Shown one piece after another: positions 41,977 through 51,700 of a stretch of DNA of 64,000 bases (its first letter is position 1; each line of letters begins with the position of its first letter). The stretch comes from Lysobacter sp. (GTDB lineage Bacteria; Pseudomonadota; Gammaproteobacteria; Xanthomonadales; Xanthomonadaceae): positions 17,941 to 81,940 of the forward strand of contig DATDBK010000080.1 in assembly GCA_036524935.1 (NCBI GenBank). The letters run 5' to 3'. The notes under the pieces are model-generated. The model did not search any database, had not been told where the DNA came from, and saw nothing but the letters and a program-made list of their open reading frames with translations. The translations under genes were made by a program, and so were the position numbers.

Positions 41977-42609
41977 ATGAAGAAGTCTTTGCTTTTGCTT
42001 GCACTTGCCTGCTCGTCTTTCGCCGCCAGCGCCGCCGAATCCAACGGCATCGGCTATTCCTACGCTGAACTCGACTACATCTACAACGACTCGTCCGTCG
42101 GCGATTTCAAGGGTCCCGGCCTGCAGGGTTCCATCGAACTCGGCAAGGGATTCTTTGCCACCGGCAGTTACAACCGCCAGAAGATCAACCATTTCGGCGG
42201 ATCCAACTCGGTGACCGAATGGAGCCTTGGCGGCGGCTTCGCCAAGGCGCTGAGCCCGAACCTCGACTGGGTCAGCCAGGCGGCCTTCGTCGAACAGGAC
42301 GCCGACGTCAGCCTGCGCCAGTTCGGCATCCCCGGCGCCGCCAACAGCACCAGCGAGGACGTGTCCGGCTTCCGCGTCAGCAGCGGCGTGCGCGGCCGAC
42401 TGACCGCCAAGCTGCTCGGTCATGCCTACCTGGGTTACCAGGACCTGGGCGACATCCGCAACGACCTCGGTGATTTCAAGTTCGGCGGCGATGTCTACGG
42501 CGACCTCGGCCTGGAGTACCAGTTCACCGACACCTGGTCGGCGACCACCAACGTCAAGCTGTCCCAGGGCGTTTCCGAGTACGCGGCCGGCCTGCGCCTC
42601 TCGTTCTGA
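41977..42609 (+). CDS. Ax21/Omp1X-like small outer-membrane beta-barrel protein
   Basis: MKKSLLLLALACSSFAASA signal, SYAELDY, GVRG, ends GLRLSF. Confidence 0.75.
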   Translation: MKKSLLLLALACSSFAASAAESNGIGYSYAELDYIYNDSSVGDFKGPGLQGSIELGKGFFATGSYNRQKINHFGGSNSVTEWSLGGGFAKALSPNLDWVSQAAFVEQDADVSLRQFGIPGAANSTSEDVSGFRVSSGVRGRLTAKLLGHAYLGYQDLGDIRNDLGDFKFGGDVYGDLGLEYQFTDTWSATTNVKLSQGVSEYAAGLRLSF

Positions 42610-42631
42610 TCGCGACGCGGCAACCTCAACC

Positions 42632-42666
42632 TCGCAAGGGGCCCGGCCTGCGCCGGGCTCTTGCGA
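42632..42666. terminator. Hairpin between convergent genes
   Basis: TCGCAAGGGGCCCGG-CCTGCG-CCGGGCTCTTGCGA; no T-tract. Confidence 0.55.
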
Positions 42667-42669
42667 ACG

Positions 42670-43419
42670 TCAGCGTGACGCGGTGGCCGGCTCCGCCGGT
42701 CGCGATCGCATGCGGTAGCTCAGCATGCCGGCCATCTCGTACAGGGCCGTGCGCGACTTCTCGATGCCGGACAGCTGCGGCAGGAAATAGCCAACCCCAC
42801 CTGCTGGCATGTAGGACGAATCGCTCGCCTCGACGCAGGGTTCGAACCCGGCCGCGCGAAACGACAGCAGCGCCCGCGGCAGGTGTTCGGCGGAACTGAC
42901 CAGGCGGATTCGCGTCGGCAGCGTTCCACGCAAGGCCATCGCGCTTTCCCAGGTCGTGGTGGATGCCGATTCGGTTCGCAGGACCGCCGCCGGAACGCCC
43001 CAGTCCCTCGCCAGGCTTGCCAGCACCGCCGATTCCTTGATGCGGAACGGGCCGCCGCCAGCAATCACCATCGGCGAGCCCGGACTGGCGCGCCACAACG
43101 CCACCGCACCGAACAGGCGACGCCAGCTGGCCAGGGTCAGCGCGGCATAGTCGTTGCCCGCGCGCGGTTCGTCGTCGAGGCCACCGGACAGCACCACGAT
43201 AGGTGAGCCCGGCGCCAGGCAGCGCGCATCGTCCGGCAACTGCGACTCGACATGGCCCAGCAGCGCGTTGCCGCCCAGCGGCATGCACAGCACCAGGACG
43301 ACGACGCCGAGGGCGATGCCGGTCACGCGCAATGCCGTGCCCATGCGCGACCACGCAAGCACGAGGACCGCGGCAAGCAGCAGGCCCCAGGTGAGCGGCG
43401 AGAGCAGGATCAGTTGCAT
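42670..43419 (-). CDS. YdcF/ElyC (DUF218) family protein
   Basis: 2 N-terminal TMs, IVVLSGG, ES..TTWESA, LVSSAEHLPRA; start uncertain (43419-43461). Confidence 0.85.
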   Translation of the reverse strand: MQLILLSPLTWGLLLAAVLVLAWSRMGTALRVTGIALGVVVLVLCMPLGGNALLGHVESQLPDDARCLAPGSPIVVLSGGLDDEPRAGNDYAALTLASWRRLFGAVALWRASPGSPMVIAGGGPFRIKESAVLASLARDWGVPAAVLRTESASTTTWESAMALRGTLPTRIRLVSSAEHLPRALLSFRAAGFEPCVEASDSSYMPAGGVGYFLPQLSGIEKSRTALYEMAGMLSYRMRSRPAEPATASR

Positions 43420-43595
43420 GGCGCCAGAGTCTTGCATGAACAGGCCATCGGCAACAGGCATGCGGCGCGGCGTGATGAGGAGGCCGCCGCCGGCGCTGCA
43501 GTCCGTTCTTGACGGTGTGGATGCCGGGCCCGCCCGGGACCATTACCGCCGGCAACTCCATCGCCGGCGTCCCATGCCCCCGTCCGGGAATCACC

Positions 43596-45449
43596 ATGCC
43601 TGTCCAAATGCGCCTTCCCCCGTCCCGGTTCCGCTGGCTGTCGTACCTGCTCGTCGCGCTGGCGCTGCTCGCCGGCTGGAGCCAGGCCGTCGCGGCAACG
43701 ACCTATTACGTCCGCACGGACGGCGGTGACGAGAAACAATGCAACGGCCGCGCTGACACGCCCTACCCCGGCAGCGGCAGCAAGCAGGACTGCGCCTGGA
43801 AGCATCCGTTCTACGCACTGCCCACGAATGACAACCCGCGCATCGATCATGGCGACACGCTGATCATCGGCCCGGGCGACTACATGATGGGTTGGGGGGC
43901 GCCGGACGCAGGCGAGGACAGCTCGCGCTGCTACGAGGAGGCGCCATACGACTGCTATCCGGCCGCACCGCCGAGCGGACGCAGCCCCGAGGCGAAAACG
44001 CGCATCCTCGGCCAGGGCCACGACAGTGGCTGCAAGGCACCGCCGAAGCTGTGGGGCACCCAGCGCCTGGACATGGTGCTGAACCTGCAGCGCACCGACA
44101 ACGTCGAGGTCGGCTGCCTGGAGATCACCGACCGCAGCGACTGCGTCGAATTCCATACCGACGACAACGTCCGCTGCGAGCGCGACAAATCGCCTTACGG
44201 CGACTGGGCCTCGGTCGGCCTGTACGCCAAGAACTCGCGCAATGTCTGGCTGCACGACCTCAACATCCACGGCCTGTCCGGGCGCGGCATCATGGCCGGC
44301 GCGCTGACTGACTGGACCGTCGAGCGCGTACGCATCAACGCCAACGGCTGGGCCGGCTGGGACGGCGACGTCGGCGAGGACGAAAGCTCCAACTCCGGCG
44401 ACATCATCCTGCGCAATGTCGAAATCGCCTGGAACGGATGCGCCGAGCGCTGGAAGAGCGGTGAACCCTATGCCTGCTGGGCGCAGGAGAACGGCGGTTA
44501 CGGCGACGGTCTCGGCACTGCCCGCACGGATGGCCACTGGCTGGTCGAGGACTCGCGCATCCACCACAACACCTCCGACGGCCTCGACCTGCTCTACACA
44601 GACGAATCGAAGACGGCGACGGTCGTGGTGCGCCGCACCTACGCCGCGGCCAACGCCGGCAACCAGATCAAGACCGCGGGCAATGCACTGATCGAGAACT
44701 CGGTGATCATCGGCCAGTGCGGCTATTTCCACGAGAAGTTCGACATGACCTGGAGCGACATGTGCCGGGCGATGGGCAATGCGCTGTCGGTCGGCGTCGG
44801 CCGCAACCAGAAGACCACCATCCGCCACAACACGATCACCGGCGAAGGCGATTGCCTGATCCTGACATCGGGCGGCGATGAGTCATCGCGCGTGGACGTC
44901 CTCAACAACGCGCTCATTGGCCAGCCCGACTTCCTCGCCAACGGCGAGGACAAGAGCGGCGAGCTGACCTGCGGCCACTACGCCGACAAGAGCAAGGCGG
45001 TGGTCAACTTCTCCGGCAATGCCTTCTGGAATGTCAAGGACGACCAGTGTTTCAAGGGCAACCAGTGCGGCCGCAACCCGAAGCTGACCGGCATGGACAT
45101 GGCCGACTTCGACGCGGTGCCGCTGGCCGGCAGCCCGCTGATCGACGGTGCACCGCAGCTGGGTGAAGTCGGCGCCGACTACCTGCACCACTCACGGCCT
45201 TCGGGCGCGGCTGCAGACATCGGCGCGATCGAGGTCCAGGGCGGCAAGGCCGCGACACCGGCCGCCGGTACCAGCGGCGACGGGACCACGCCGGGACGTT
45301 CCGGCGCAGGCGCGCCGGACCCGGCCGCATCCGATGCGATCGTGCCGAAACAGGCTTCGGTGAAGGCGATCGGCTCGATCGTCATCGCCTCGCTGCTGAC
45401 CGCGGGCATCGTGGTCGGCCTGCGCAGGCAGCGCGCACGCTATCAGTGA
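43596..45449 (+). CDS. Exported right-handed parallel beta-helix protein with choice-of-anchor-Q-like motif and C-terminal membrane anchor
   Basis: Signal peptide (AVA-ATTYYV), beta-helix repeats (IHHNTSDG, IENSVI, IRHNTI), SPLIDG...DIGAIE, Pro/Ala/Gly linker, TM + RRQRAR tail. Confidence 0.78.
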   Translation: MPVQMRLPPSRFRWLSYLLVALALLAGWSQAVAATTYYVRTDGGDEKQCNGRADTPYPGSGSKQDCAWKHPFYALPTNDNPRIDHGDTLIIGPGDYMMGWGAPDAGEDSSRCYEEAPYDCYPAAPPSGRSPEAKTRILGQGHDSGCKAPPKLWGTQRLDMVLNLQRTDNVEVGCLEITDRSDCVEFHTDDNVRCERDKSPYGDWASVGLYAKNSRNVWLHDLNIHGLSGRGIMAGALTDWTVERVRINANGWAGWDGDVGEDESSNSGDIILRNVEIAWNGCAERWKSGEPYACWAQENGGYGDGLGTARTDGHWLVEDSRIHHNTSDGLDLLYTDESKTATVVVRRTYAAANAGNQIKTAGNALIENSVIIGQCGYFHEKFDMTWSDMCRAMGNALSVGVGRNQKTTIRHNTITGEGDCLILTSGGDESSRVDVLNNALIGQPDFLANGEDKSGELTCGHYADKSKAVVNFSGNAFWNVKDDQCFKGNQCGRNPKLTGMDMADFDAVPLAGSPLIDGAPQLGEVGADYLHHSRPSGAAADIGAIEVQGGKAATPAAGTSGDGTTPGRSGAGAPDPAASDAIVPKQASVKAIGSIVIASLLTAGIVVGLRRQRARYQ

Positions 45450-45494
45450 CGTCTGGCGCAGGTAAATGTCGCGCAGGACGTTTCGCCAGCACAC

Positions 45495-46988
45495 TCAACC
45501 GACCAGCGACTCACCCGTTCCCGGCGCCGTCTTGCGCCTCAGCGGAACCATCGCACGCAGGCGCGGATCCAGTAGCAGCAGCGTCGCCAGGTAGGGGCCG
45601 CCGATCATCATGCCGGCCACGATCAGGCGCTGCCATCCCGGCCGCAACCCGATATGCAGCGCAGCCCATGCGCCGGCCGCGGCCACCACCGCGGCCACCC
45701 CGGCGATCGCCAGCGTGCGCCGGTCGGGCAACTGGCGCAGCGCCGGCGACACCAGCGCGCAATGGCCGATGCCGGCGACGAACGAGCTGACCACCGTGGC
45801 GAAAGACGCACCCATCACGCCGTAGGCGGGGATCAGCAGGAAGTTGAGGCCGGTGTTCAGCAGCACGGTCGCGCATCCCAGCACGAACACGGTGCGGGTG
45901 CGCTTCTCGAGCATCAACCCGTAGCCACACACCAGCATCACCGGCAGGATCGCGTTGGTCGCGCCGATGATCGCGAACACCGGGCCGGACGCGGCCTTGC
46001 CGGCACCGCTGAGCGCGACGATGACGTCGGTGCCCAGGCACAGCAGGAGGATGGCGACACCGACGGCGGCGTAGGTCATCGGCAGCAGCATCTTCTGTTT
46101 CAGCGCACGCACCGCGGCGGCACTGTCGGTGACGAACAGTCGGTTCGCCATCGGCGTGAACGATTCGAAGACGGTGAGGTTCATGAACATGTGGACCTGC
46201 ATCGCCAGCCCGGCGCCGATGCTGTAGATGCCGACGACGGCGAAATCGCCCGACAGCCCCTTCAACATCAGCCGGTCGACCGAGACCAGCGCCACCGACA
46301 GCATCTCGGTTGCCACCAGCGGCATGCCGAAGGCCATCGACTGGCGCAGCGAGCCGGGGTCGAGTGCCTGCCTGGAGAACCCGAGGTGACGCTGCGCCCA
46401 GACCACGTAGAACGCGATGCCGATCAGCGCGGCGGCCAGCTTGCCTGCGTAGGCGGCCAGGGCGGTGTGCTGTATCGCCACGACCGCGCCCACCATCATC
46501 GCCAGCTGCAGATAGCGCCAGATGACACGCGTGATCATCACCGTGCGCGAGCGCTCGGTCGCGCGCAGGACTGTCTCCACGAGACTGCTGTAGACCATGA
46601 CCGGCGTCATCAGCATCGCCATCCAGAACACCGGCGACTGGGTGGCGCCGACGAACCAGTCGGTGACCACGATGCCCACGCCGGTCAGCGCCCACAGCGC
46701 CAGCGACACCAGCAACGGCAGGTAGAACAGGTTGGTCGAGAACGTGCGCAGCTCAGCGCTGTCGCCGCCGTGCGGGTAGAAGCGCAGGATCGAATGCTGC
46801 GCGCCGAGCTTGGCGATGGCGACCGCCATCAGTACCCAGGTGTCGTAGTAGCCGAGGATGCCGTACTGGGTGTTGTCCAGCAGCCGGGTCATGATCGGGA
46901 ATGACACCAGCCCGGCCAGGAGCACCAGGATGTTGGCCGAGGAGTAGCGCAGGTAGTGCCTGCCGATGCCGGGAGAGTCGCTGGCCAT
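45495..46988 (-). CDS. wzx: Wzx flippase (MOP/PST family)
   Basis: TRLLDNTQYG, LRFYP, FGMPL, DRLML, VGIYSIG, LIPAYGVMGA; about 12-14 TMs; start MASDSP. Confidence 0.88.
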   Translation of the reverse strand: MASDSPGIGRHYLRYSSANILVLLAGLVSFPIMTRLLDNTQYGILGYYDTWVLMAVAIAKLGAQHSILRFYPHGGDSAELRTFSTNLFYLPLLVSLALWALTGVGIVVTDWFVGATQSPVFWMAMLMTPVMVYSSLVETVLRATERSRTVMITRVIWRYLQLAMMVGAVVAIQHTALAAYAGKLAAALIGIAFYVVWAQRHLGFSRQALDPGSLRQSMAFGMPLVATEMLSVALVSVDRLMLKGLSGDFAVVGIYSIGAGLAMQVHMFMNLTVFESFTPMANRLFVTDSAAAVRALKQKMLLPMTYAAVGVAILLLCLGTDVIVALSGAGKAASGPVFAIIGATNAILPVMLVCGYGLMLEKRTRTVFVLGCATVLLNTGLNFLLIPAYGVMGASFATVVSSFVAGIGHCALVSPALRQLPDRRTLAIAGVAAVVAAAGAWAALHIGLRPGWQRLIVAGMMIGGPYLATLLLLDPRLRAMVPLRRKTAPGTGESLVG

Positions 46989-46993
46989 CGAGG

Positions 46994-47836
46994 TTACTTT
47001 CCTGCCTGTGCGAACTGCGCCTGCATCCAGCCGGCAATGCAGTCGAACAGCACGCGACGATGCTTGCGCAGGTAGAAGGTGTGGTCGTACTCGCGCCAGA
47101 ACTGCAGGCTCACCTGCGGCGCCCTGGCGGCGCTGCCCAGGCAGGTGGCCAGCTGGGCGCGATGGTTGAAATAGGGATACGCACCGCCGGTGAAGACGAA
47201 CAGCAGGCGGGTGTCGCGCGCGACCATCGTCGACATCATCTTGACCGCGTCCGCACGCGAGGGGAAGTCGCGGAAGTCGGCGAGCGAGGGCGCACCGCTT
47301 CCGCGCGAACGCAGGTAGCGCCACAGCTTTCGCGGCTGCAACAGGCGCGGCAGCGCGTGTCGCAGCCAGAATCCGAGCGTGGGATACGCCAGGCCGTCGA
47401 TCAGGATCGCGCCGGCCACGCGCGGGTCCGCGGCAGCGACGTGGAACGCGTCGTCGGCGCCGGAGCACAACCCGCACAACACGAACCGGTACACGCCGGT
47501 GTGTTCGGCGAGCACCCGCATCGCCGCGTCGATCTCGCGATTGCGCCGGTCGCTCGTGGCCTGCCCGGGCAACGCGCTGTCGCCGAGCCCGGACTGGTCG
47601 AATCGCAGCACCGGCACGCCCTGTGCCGACAGCCTGCGGGCAAGCTCGACGTGGGCACGGAATGGACCGACGTGGCGGGTGATGCCGGCATTGAGCAGGA
47701 CCATGCCGACACGCGGCTTTGCCCCCTTGCGTGCATGGCTGATCACGCCGACCAGGCCATTGCCGAACCGCACCACGCTTTCGCCGGCATCCGCCGGTTC
47801 GACGACATCGCCAGGAAACTGAACCTGCAGGTTCAT
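46994..47836 (-). CDS. Alpha/beta hydrolase-fold protein with Cys at the nucleophile elbow (exosortase-A-associated hydrolase-1-like)
   Basis: LLNAG...HVGP, LRFDQSGLGDS, GLCSGA, DHTF. Confidence 0.8.
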   Translation of the reverse strand: MNLQVQFPGDVVEPADAGESVVRFGNGLVGVISHARKGAKPRVGMVLLNAGITRHVGPFRAHVELARRLSAQGVPVLRFDQSGLGDSALPGQATSDRRNREIDAAMRVLAEHTGVYRFVLCGLCSGADDAFHVAAADPRVAGAILIDGLAYPTLGFWLRHALPRLLQPRKLWRYLRSRGSGAPSLADFRDFPSRADAVKMMSTMVARDTRLLFVFTGGAYPYFNHRAQLATCLGSAARAPQVSLQFWREYDHTFYLRKHRRVLFDCIAGWMQAQFAQAGK

Positions 47837-48711
47837 CCTGCCTCCGTGGCGGCCAGGTACTGCCCCAGCTGCGCCACGCTGCGACGCGGATAGGCCTGGC
47901 TGCCGAACTGCTTCGGATCTTCCCAGCCGGGCCGGTCCGCCGCATCGAGTTCGAACACGTCCACTTCCACCGAGTGCTCCCGTTGGGTCCGGATGAACCG
48001 GGTGATGTCATTGGCGCCGTTGCGGTCGTCATCGCCCTGCCATAGCGCCAGGCGCACACGGCTGCCGGGTGGCAGCGCCGTCGCCGTGGCGTCCAGCGCC
48101 GCCAGCGCGGCCAGCAGTTGCGCATCGACGCAGAAGCCGAGGAGATCGGTGCCGTCGGGCTCATGGCGCGCGTGCGCGTAACGTCCGCTGTCGTAGAGCT
48201 GCGCCTGGTGCTGGCGCCGCCACGACTCGACCACGCCCTTCCCGACCAGCTGCGGGTCCCACAGCACCACGTTGACGGGATGCGCCTGCTGGGAGAGGTA
48301 CGCCAGCATCGGCAACGCCGCGCTGCGAAGCGCCAGCCACGTGATGCAATCGCCGCCGGGGGCCGTTGCCAGCAGGCGCCGGGCGGAATCGAGATCGGCC
48401 AGCATGCCCGGAAGGCTCACTTCATCGTCGTCGCCGGCCGAATCGCCGCTGCCATACCAGTCGAAGCACAGCGCGGCAGCGCCGGCCGCGGCAACCGACT
48501 CGGCCACGGCCCACAGGGCGCGATGGCTGCGGATGCCTTCCTGCAGCAATGGCGCGCACAGCAGCATCGAACCGCGCGCCGGATCCTGCCCGGCATGGGC
48601 GTGCAGCAGGCCGAACAGCCTGCGATCGGCCGCTCCGAACAACACGGGTCCTGCGGATGCCGCTGTGCTTGTCACTCTCGCTTCGGTGATCGCGCCATCC
48701 ATGTCACTCAT
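47833..48711 (-). CDS. Alpha/beta hydrolase-fold protein lacking the nucleophile (exosortase-A-associated hydrolase-2-like)
   Basis: LLCAPLLQE, FDWYGSGDSAGD, ALRSA at elbow, LWDP; ATGA overlaps at both ends. Confidence 0.8.
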   Translation of the reverse strand: MSDMDGAITEARVTSTAASAGPVLFGAADRRLFGLLHAHAGQDPARGSMLLCAPLLQEGIRSHRALWAVAESVAAAGAAALCFDWYGSGDSAGDDDEVSLPGMLADLDSARRLLATAPGGDCITWLALRSAALPMLAYLSQQAHPVNVVLWDPQLVGKGVVESWRRQHQAQLYDSGRYAHARHEPDGTDLLGFCVDAQLLAALAALDATATALPPGSRVRLALWQGDDDRNGANDITRFIRTQREHSVEVDVFELDAADRPGWEDPKQFGSQAYPRRSVAQLGQYLAATEAG

Positions 48712-51700
48712 TCCACGATCCCGGTGCGCAGCAGCCGCTTGACCTGCCGCGCCATCCGCGCACCGACACCGCTGTTGTCGGCGGTGCCGGCCGATGCCGG
48801 CAGCTCGGCGGCGATCTGCGCCAGGCTCTGCGTGGCCAGCCGCATCAGCTGGATGCGCACGCCGGTTTCCTTGGCCACGCGACTGGACATCTGCACGGCC
48901 AGCATCGAGTTTCCGCCGAGGTCGAAGAAGTTGTCCGCTGGCGTTACCGCGGTGCCGAGCAGTTCCTTCCACAGTCCGCACAGATAGCCGCAACGCGGGT
49001 CATCGGCGGCGATGGCGATTGCATCGGCCGCGGGATCGAACGCACCGGTCTGCTCCGAACCGGCCTGCTCCAAACCGGCATGCTCCAGACCGGCCGCGCT
49101 CGCCAGGTCCTCGCTCGCGCCGGTCTGGGCGCGGACCATCGTCGCCCCCAGTGCCTTCGCCAGCGAAGGAGCCTCGACCAGGCCGCGATGCGACCCGGGG
49201 ATGGCGATGATGCGGATCGAACCGACCAGCGATTCCCAGCCCAGCGCGGGCTTGTCGCGCAGGTGCGCCGGCTGCTCGCTGGCGCGGAACAGCACCACGG
49301 CCGCCGGGTACGGTTGCACCACGTAGGTGGTGTAGGCGCGCGTGTGGACCGCTTCGAGCTCGGCGTAACGGATGTCGTGCGGAAGCGCGGCGCCGTTGGC
49401 GCGTGCCTGCTCCGCCTGCTGCCGCAGCTGCCGGGCCTGGATGCGGCGATTGACCGCTTCGCTGATCGTCGCCACGCGCTCACCCAGTGACTGGCCCTGC
49501 ATCCGCCGACGCAGGCGACGCACACTTGCGACGACCCCGTTGTGCGATTCCGCCCGGTAGCGATTGCCGAACTCGGCGGACGTGTCGATCAGCCCCAGCA
49601 ATCCGACGCGTTCGCCGGCCGCGACCAGCTGCTGAGCCATCTCGAAGGCGATCATCCCGCCCATCGAGCCGCCGGCCAGGTGGTACGGACCCTGCGGCTG
49701 CAACTGGCGGATCTCGCGCACGTAGCGCTCGGCCATCGCCTCGATGGTCTCCAGCGGGGCAGTCCTGCCGTCCAGTCCCAGCGCCTGCAGACCGTAGATC
49801 GGGAAGCCTTCCGGCATCGAATCGGCCAGTGCCCGGTAATTGAGCACGTTGCCGCCGACCGCATGCACCAGGAAGAACGGAAGACCTTCGCCCTGTGGGC
49901 GTATCGCCACCAGCGGCGCCCACGGATCCGGGCGTGCCGGCGCATCCAGTTCACCTTGCGCATGCGCACCGGCATGGCGGTACTCGAGCGCCAGCGCGCG
50001 CACCGTGCGTGCACCGAGCAGCGTTGCCAGTGGCAGATTCACGCCGGTTTCGTGATTGAAGCGGTGGAACATCTGCACCGCCTGCAGCGAATGGCCGCCC
50101 AGGGTGAAGAAGTCATCGTCGGCAACGATGCGCGGGTTGCGCAGCAGATCGCGCCAGATTTCCAGCAGGCGCGCGGCCAGCGGATCGAGATCCTCGTCGT
50201 TGGCCGCCGCCACTGCCGCGGCGTCCGCGGATGATTCGTGCGAATCGATCGCCGGCAGCGGCACGTCGGCGGCAGGCCGGCCGAACAGCAGCGGCTGGCC
50301 ATCATCGAACGTGGTCAGCGCTTCCAGCGTCGTCGCCGGATCGCGACCAATGCGCTCCAGCAGTTCCAGGTAGCGGCTGTAGATCAGGTCCGCGGTCTCG
50401 CCGTGGAAGATGTCGGCGTTGTGCATGAAGCCGCCGGACAGGCCTTCGTCCTGCTCGACCAGCCACATTCCCAGGTCCTGGGTGGCACCGGTCTGGAAGA
50501 CCGGGAAGCGGCCATGCTCCAGCGGCCCCCAGTTACGGACGCGGTTGCGGATGTCCTGGAACGAGAACAGCGCGTGGTACAGCACCGCACCACCCTCGCG
50601 ACTGCGCATGCTCAGCTCGCGCACCAGATCTTCGAGGCGGATGTCGGGATGGCCGAAGCTGTCGAGCACCATGTCCTTCACGCGCGCCAGCGCCTGCGCG
50701 AACGTCATTTCCGCGTCGAGCTCGACGCGCAGCGGCAGCAGGCTGGTGAAGTAGCCCATCAGCGGCTCCACCTCGGCACTGTTGCGGCCACGCACCGGCG
50801 TGCCGACGATCAGCTCGCGCAATCCAGACGTGCGGCTGACGAGGGTGAAGTAGGCCGCCAACAGCACCATGAACAGCGTTGCATCGAGCTTCAGCGCGGC
50901 GGCGTGCAGCGCCTCGGTGGTGGCACGCGAGACGTTGATGCGACGCGTGACGCCGCGACCGGACATGCCCGGTCGCCGCGGCAGGTCGGTTGGCAATGCC
51001 TCGACGCCCTGCCCTGCACCGCCCAGTCGCTCGCGCCAGAACGCCAGCTGTTTCGCATACTCGCTGCCCTCCAGCCATTGCCGGTGCCAGACCGAATAGT
51101 CCAGGTACGAGACGGTCAGCTCGGGCAGCACCGGCGCGCGCTCCTCGACCTGTGCCTGGTAGAGCTCCGACATCTCGGTGTACATGAGGTCGAATGACCA
51201 GCCATCCCAGATCAGATGGTGCGGCATGAAGAACCAGACGTGCTCCTCGGCCCCGAGCCGGAACAGGCGCGATGCGATCAGGGGCGCCCGGTCGAGATGG
51301 AACGGCTGCAGGATCAACGCATCGAGTCGCTTCGAGAGCTCGGCATCGCGGACGTCGTCGGCGAAATGACTCAGGTCCTCGACCTCACGGATGTCCAGCG
51401 GAACGTGGTCATGCACGACCTGCATCGGCTCGCCGTCGACCAGTTCGATCGACGTGCGCAGGGCCGACTGCCGCTGCAGCATCGCCTGCACCGCACGCTG
51501 GAACGCTTCGATGTCGAGCGGGCCGCGCAGGCGATGCGCCGACGGCGTGTTGTAGGTGATCTGGCCCGGGTTGAACTGCTCCAGCAGGTACAGGCGTTCC
51601 TGCATCACCGACATCGGCCCGTGCGTCTGGTCGGCCAGGTGCACGATCGGTTCGCGCACGATGGCACCTTCGCCGCCATGCTCGCGCAGGTACGCGTCGA

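Noticed and set aside
41977-42609. Ax21 as a quorum-sensing peptide signal
   Set aside because: That functional claim for the family was retracted; the sequence supports only an outer-membrane beta-barrel.
45495-48164. 889-aa ORF suggesting a flippase with a long N-terminal fusion
   Set aside because: The extension overlaps the two hydrolase genes in another frame and looks non-coding; the flippase plausibly starts at ATG 46988.
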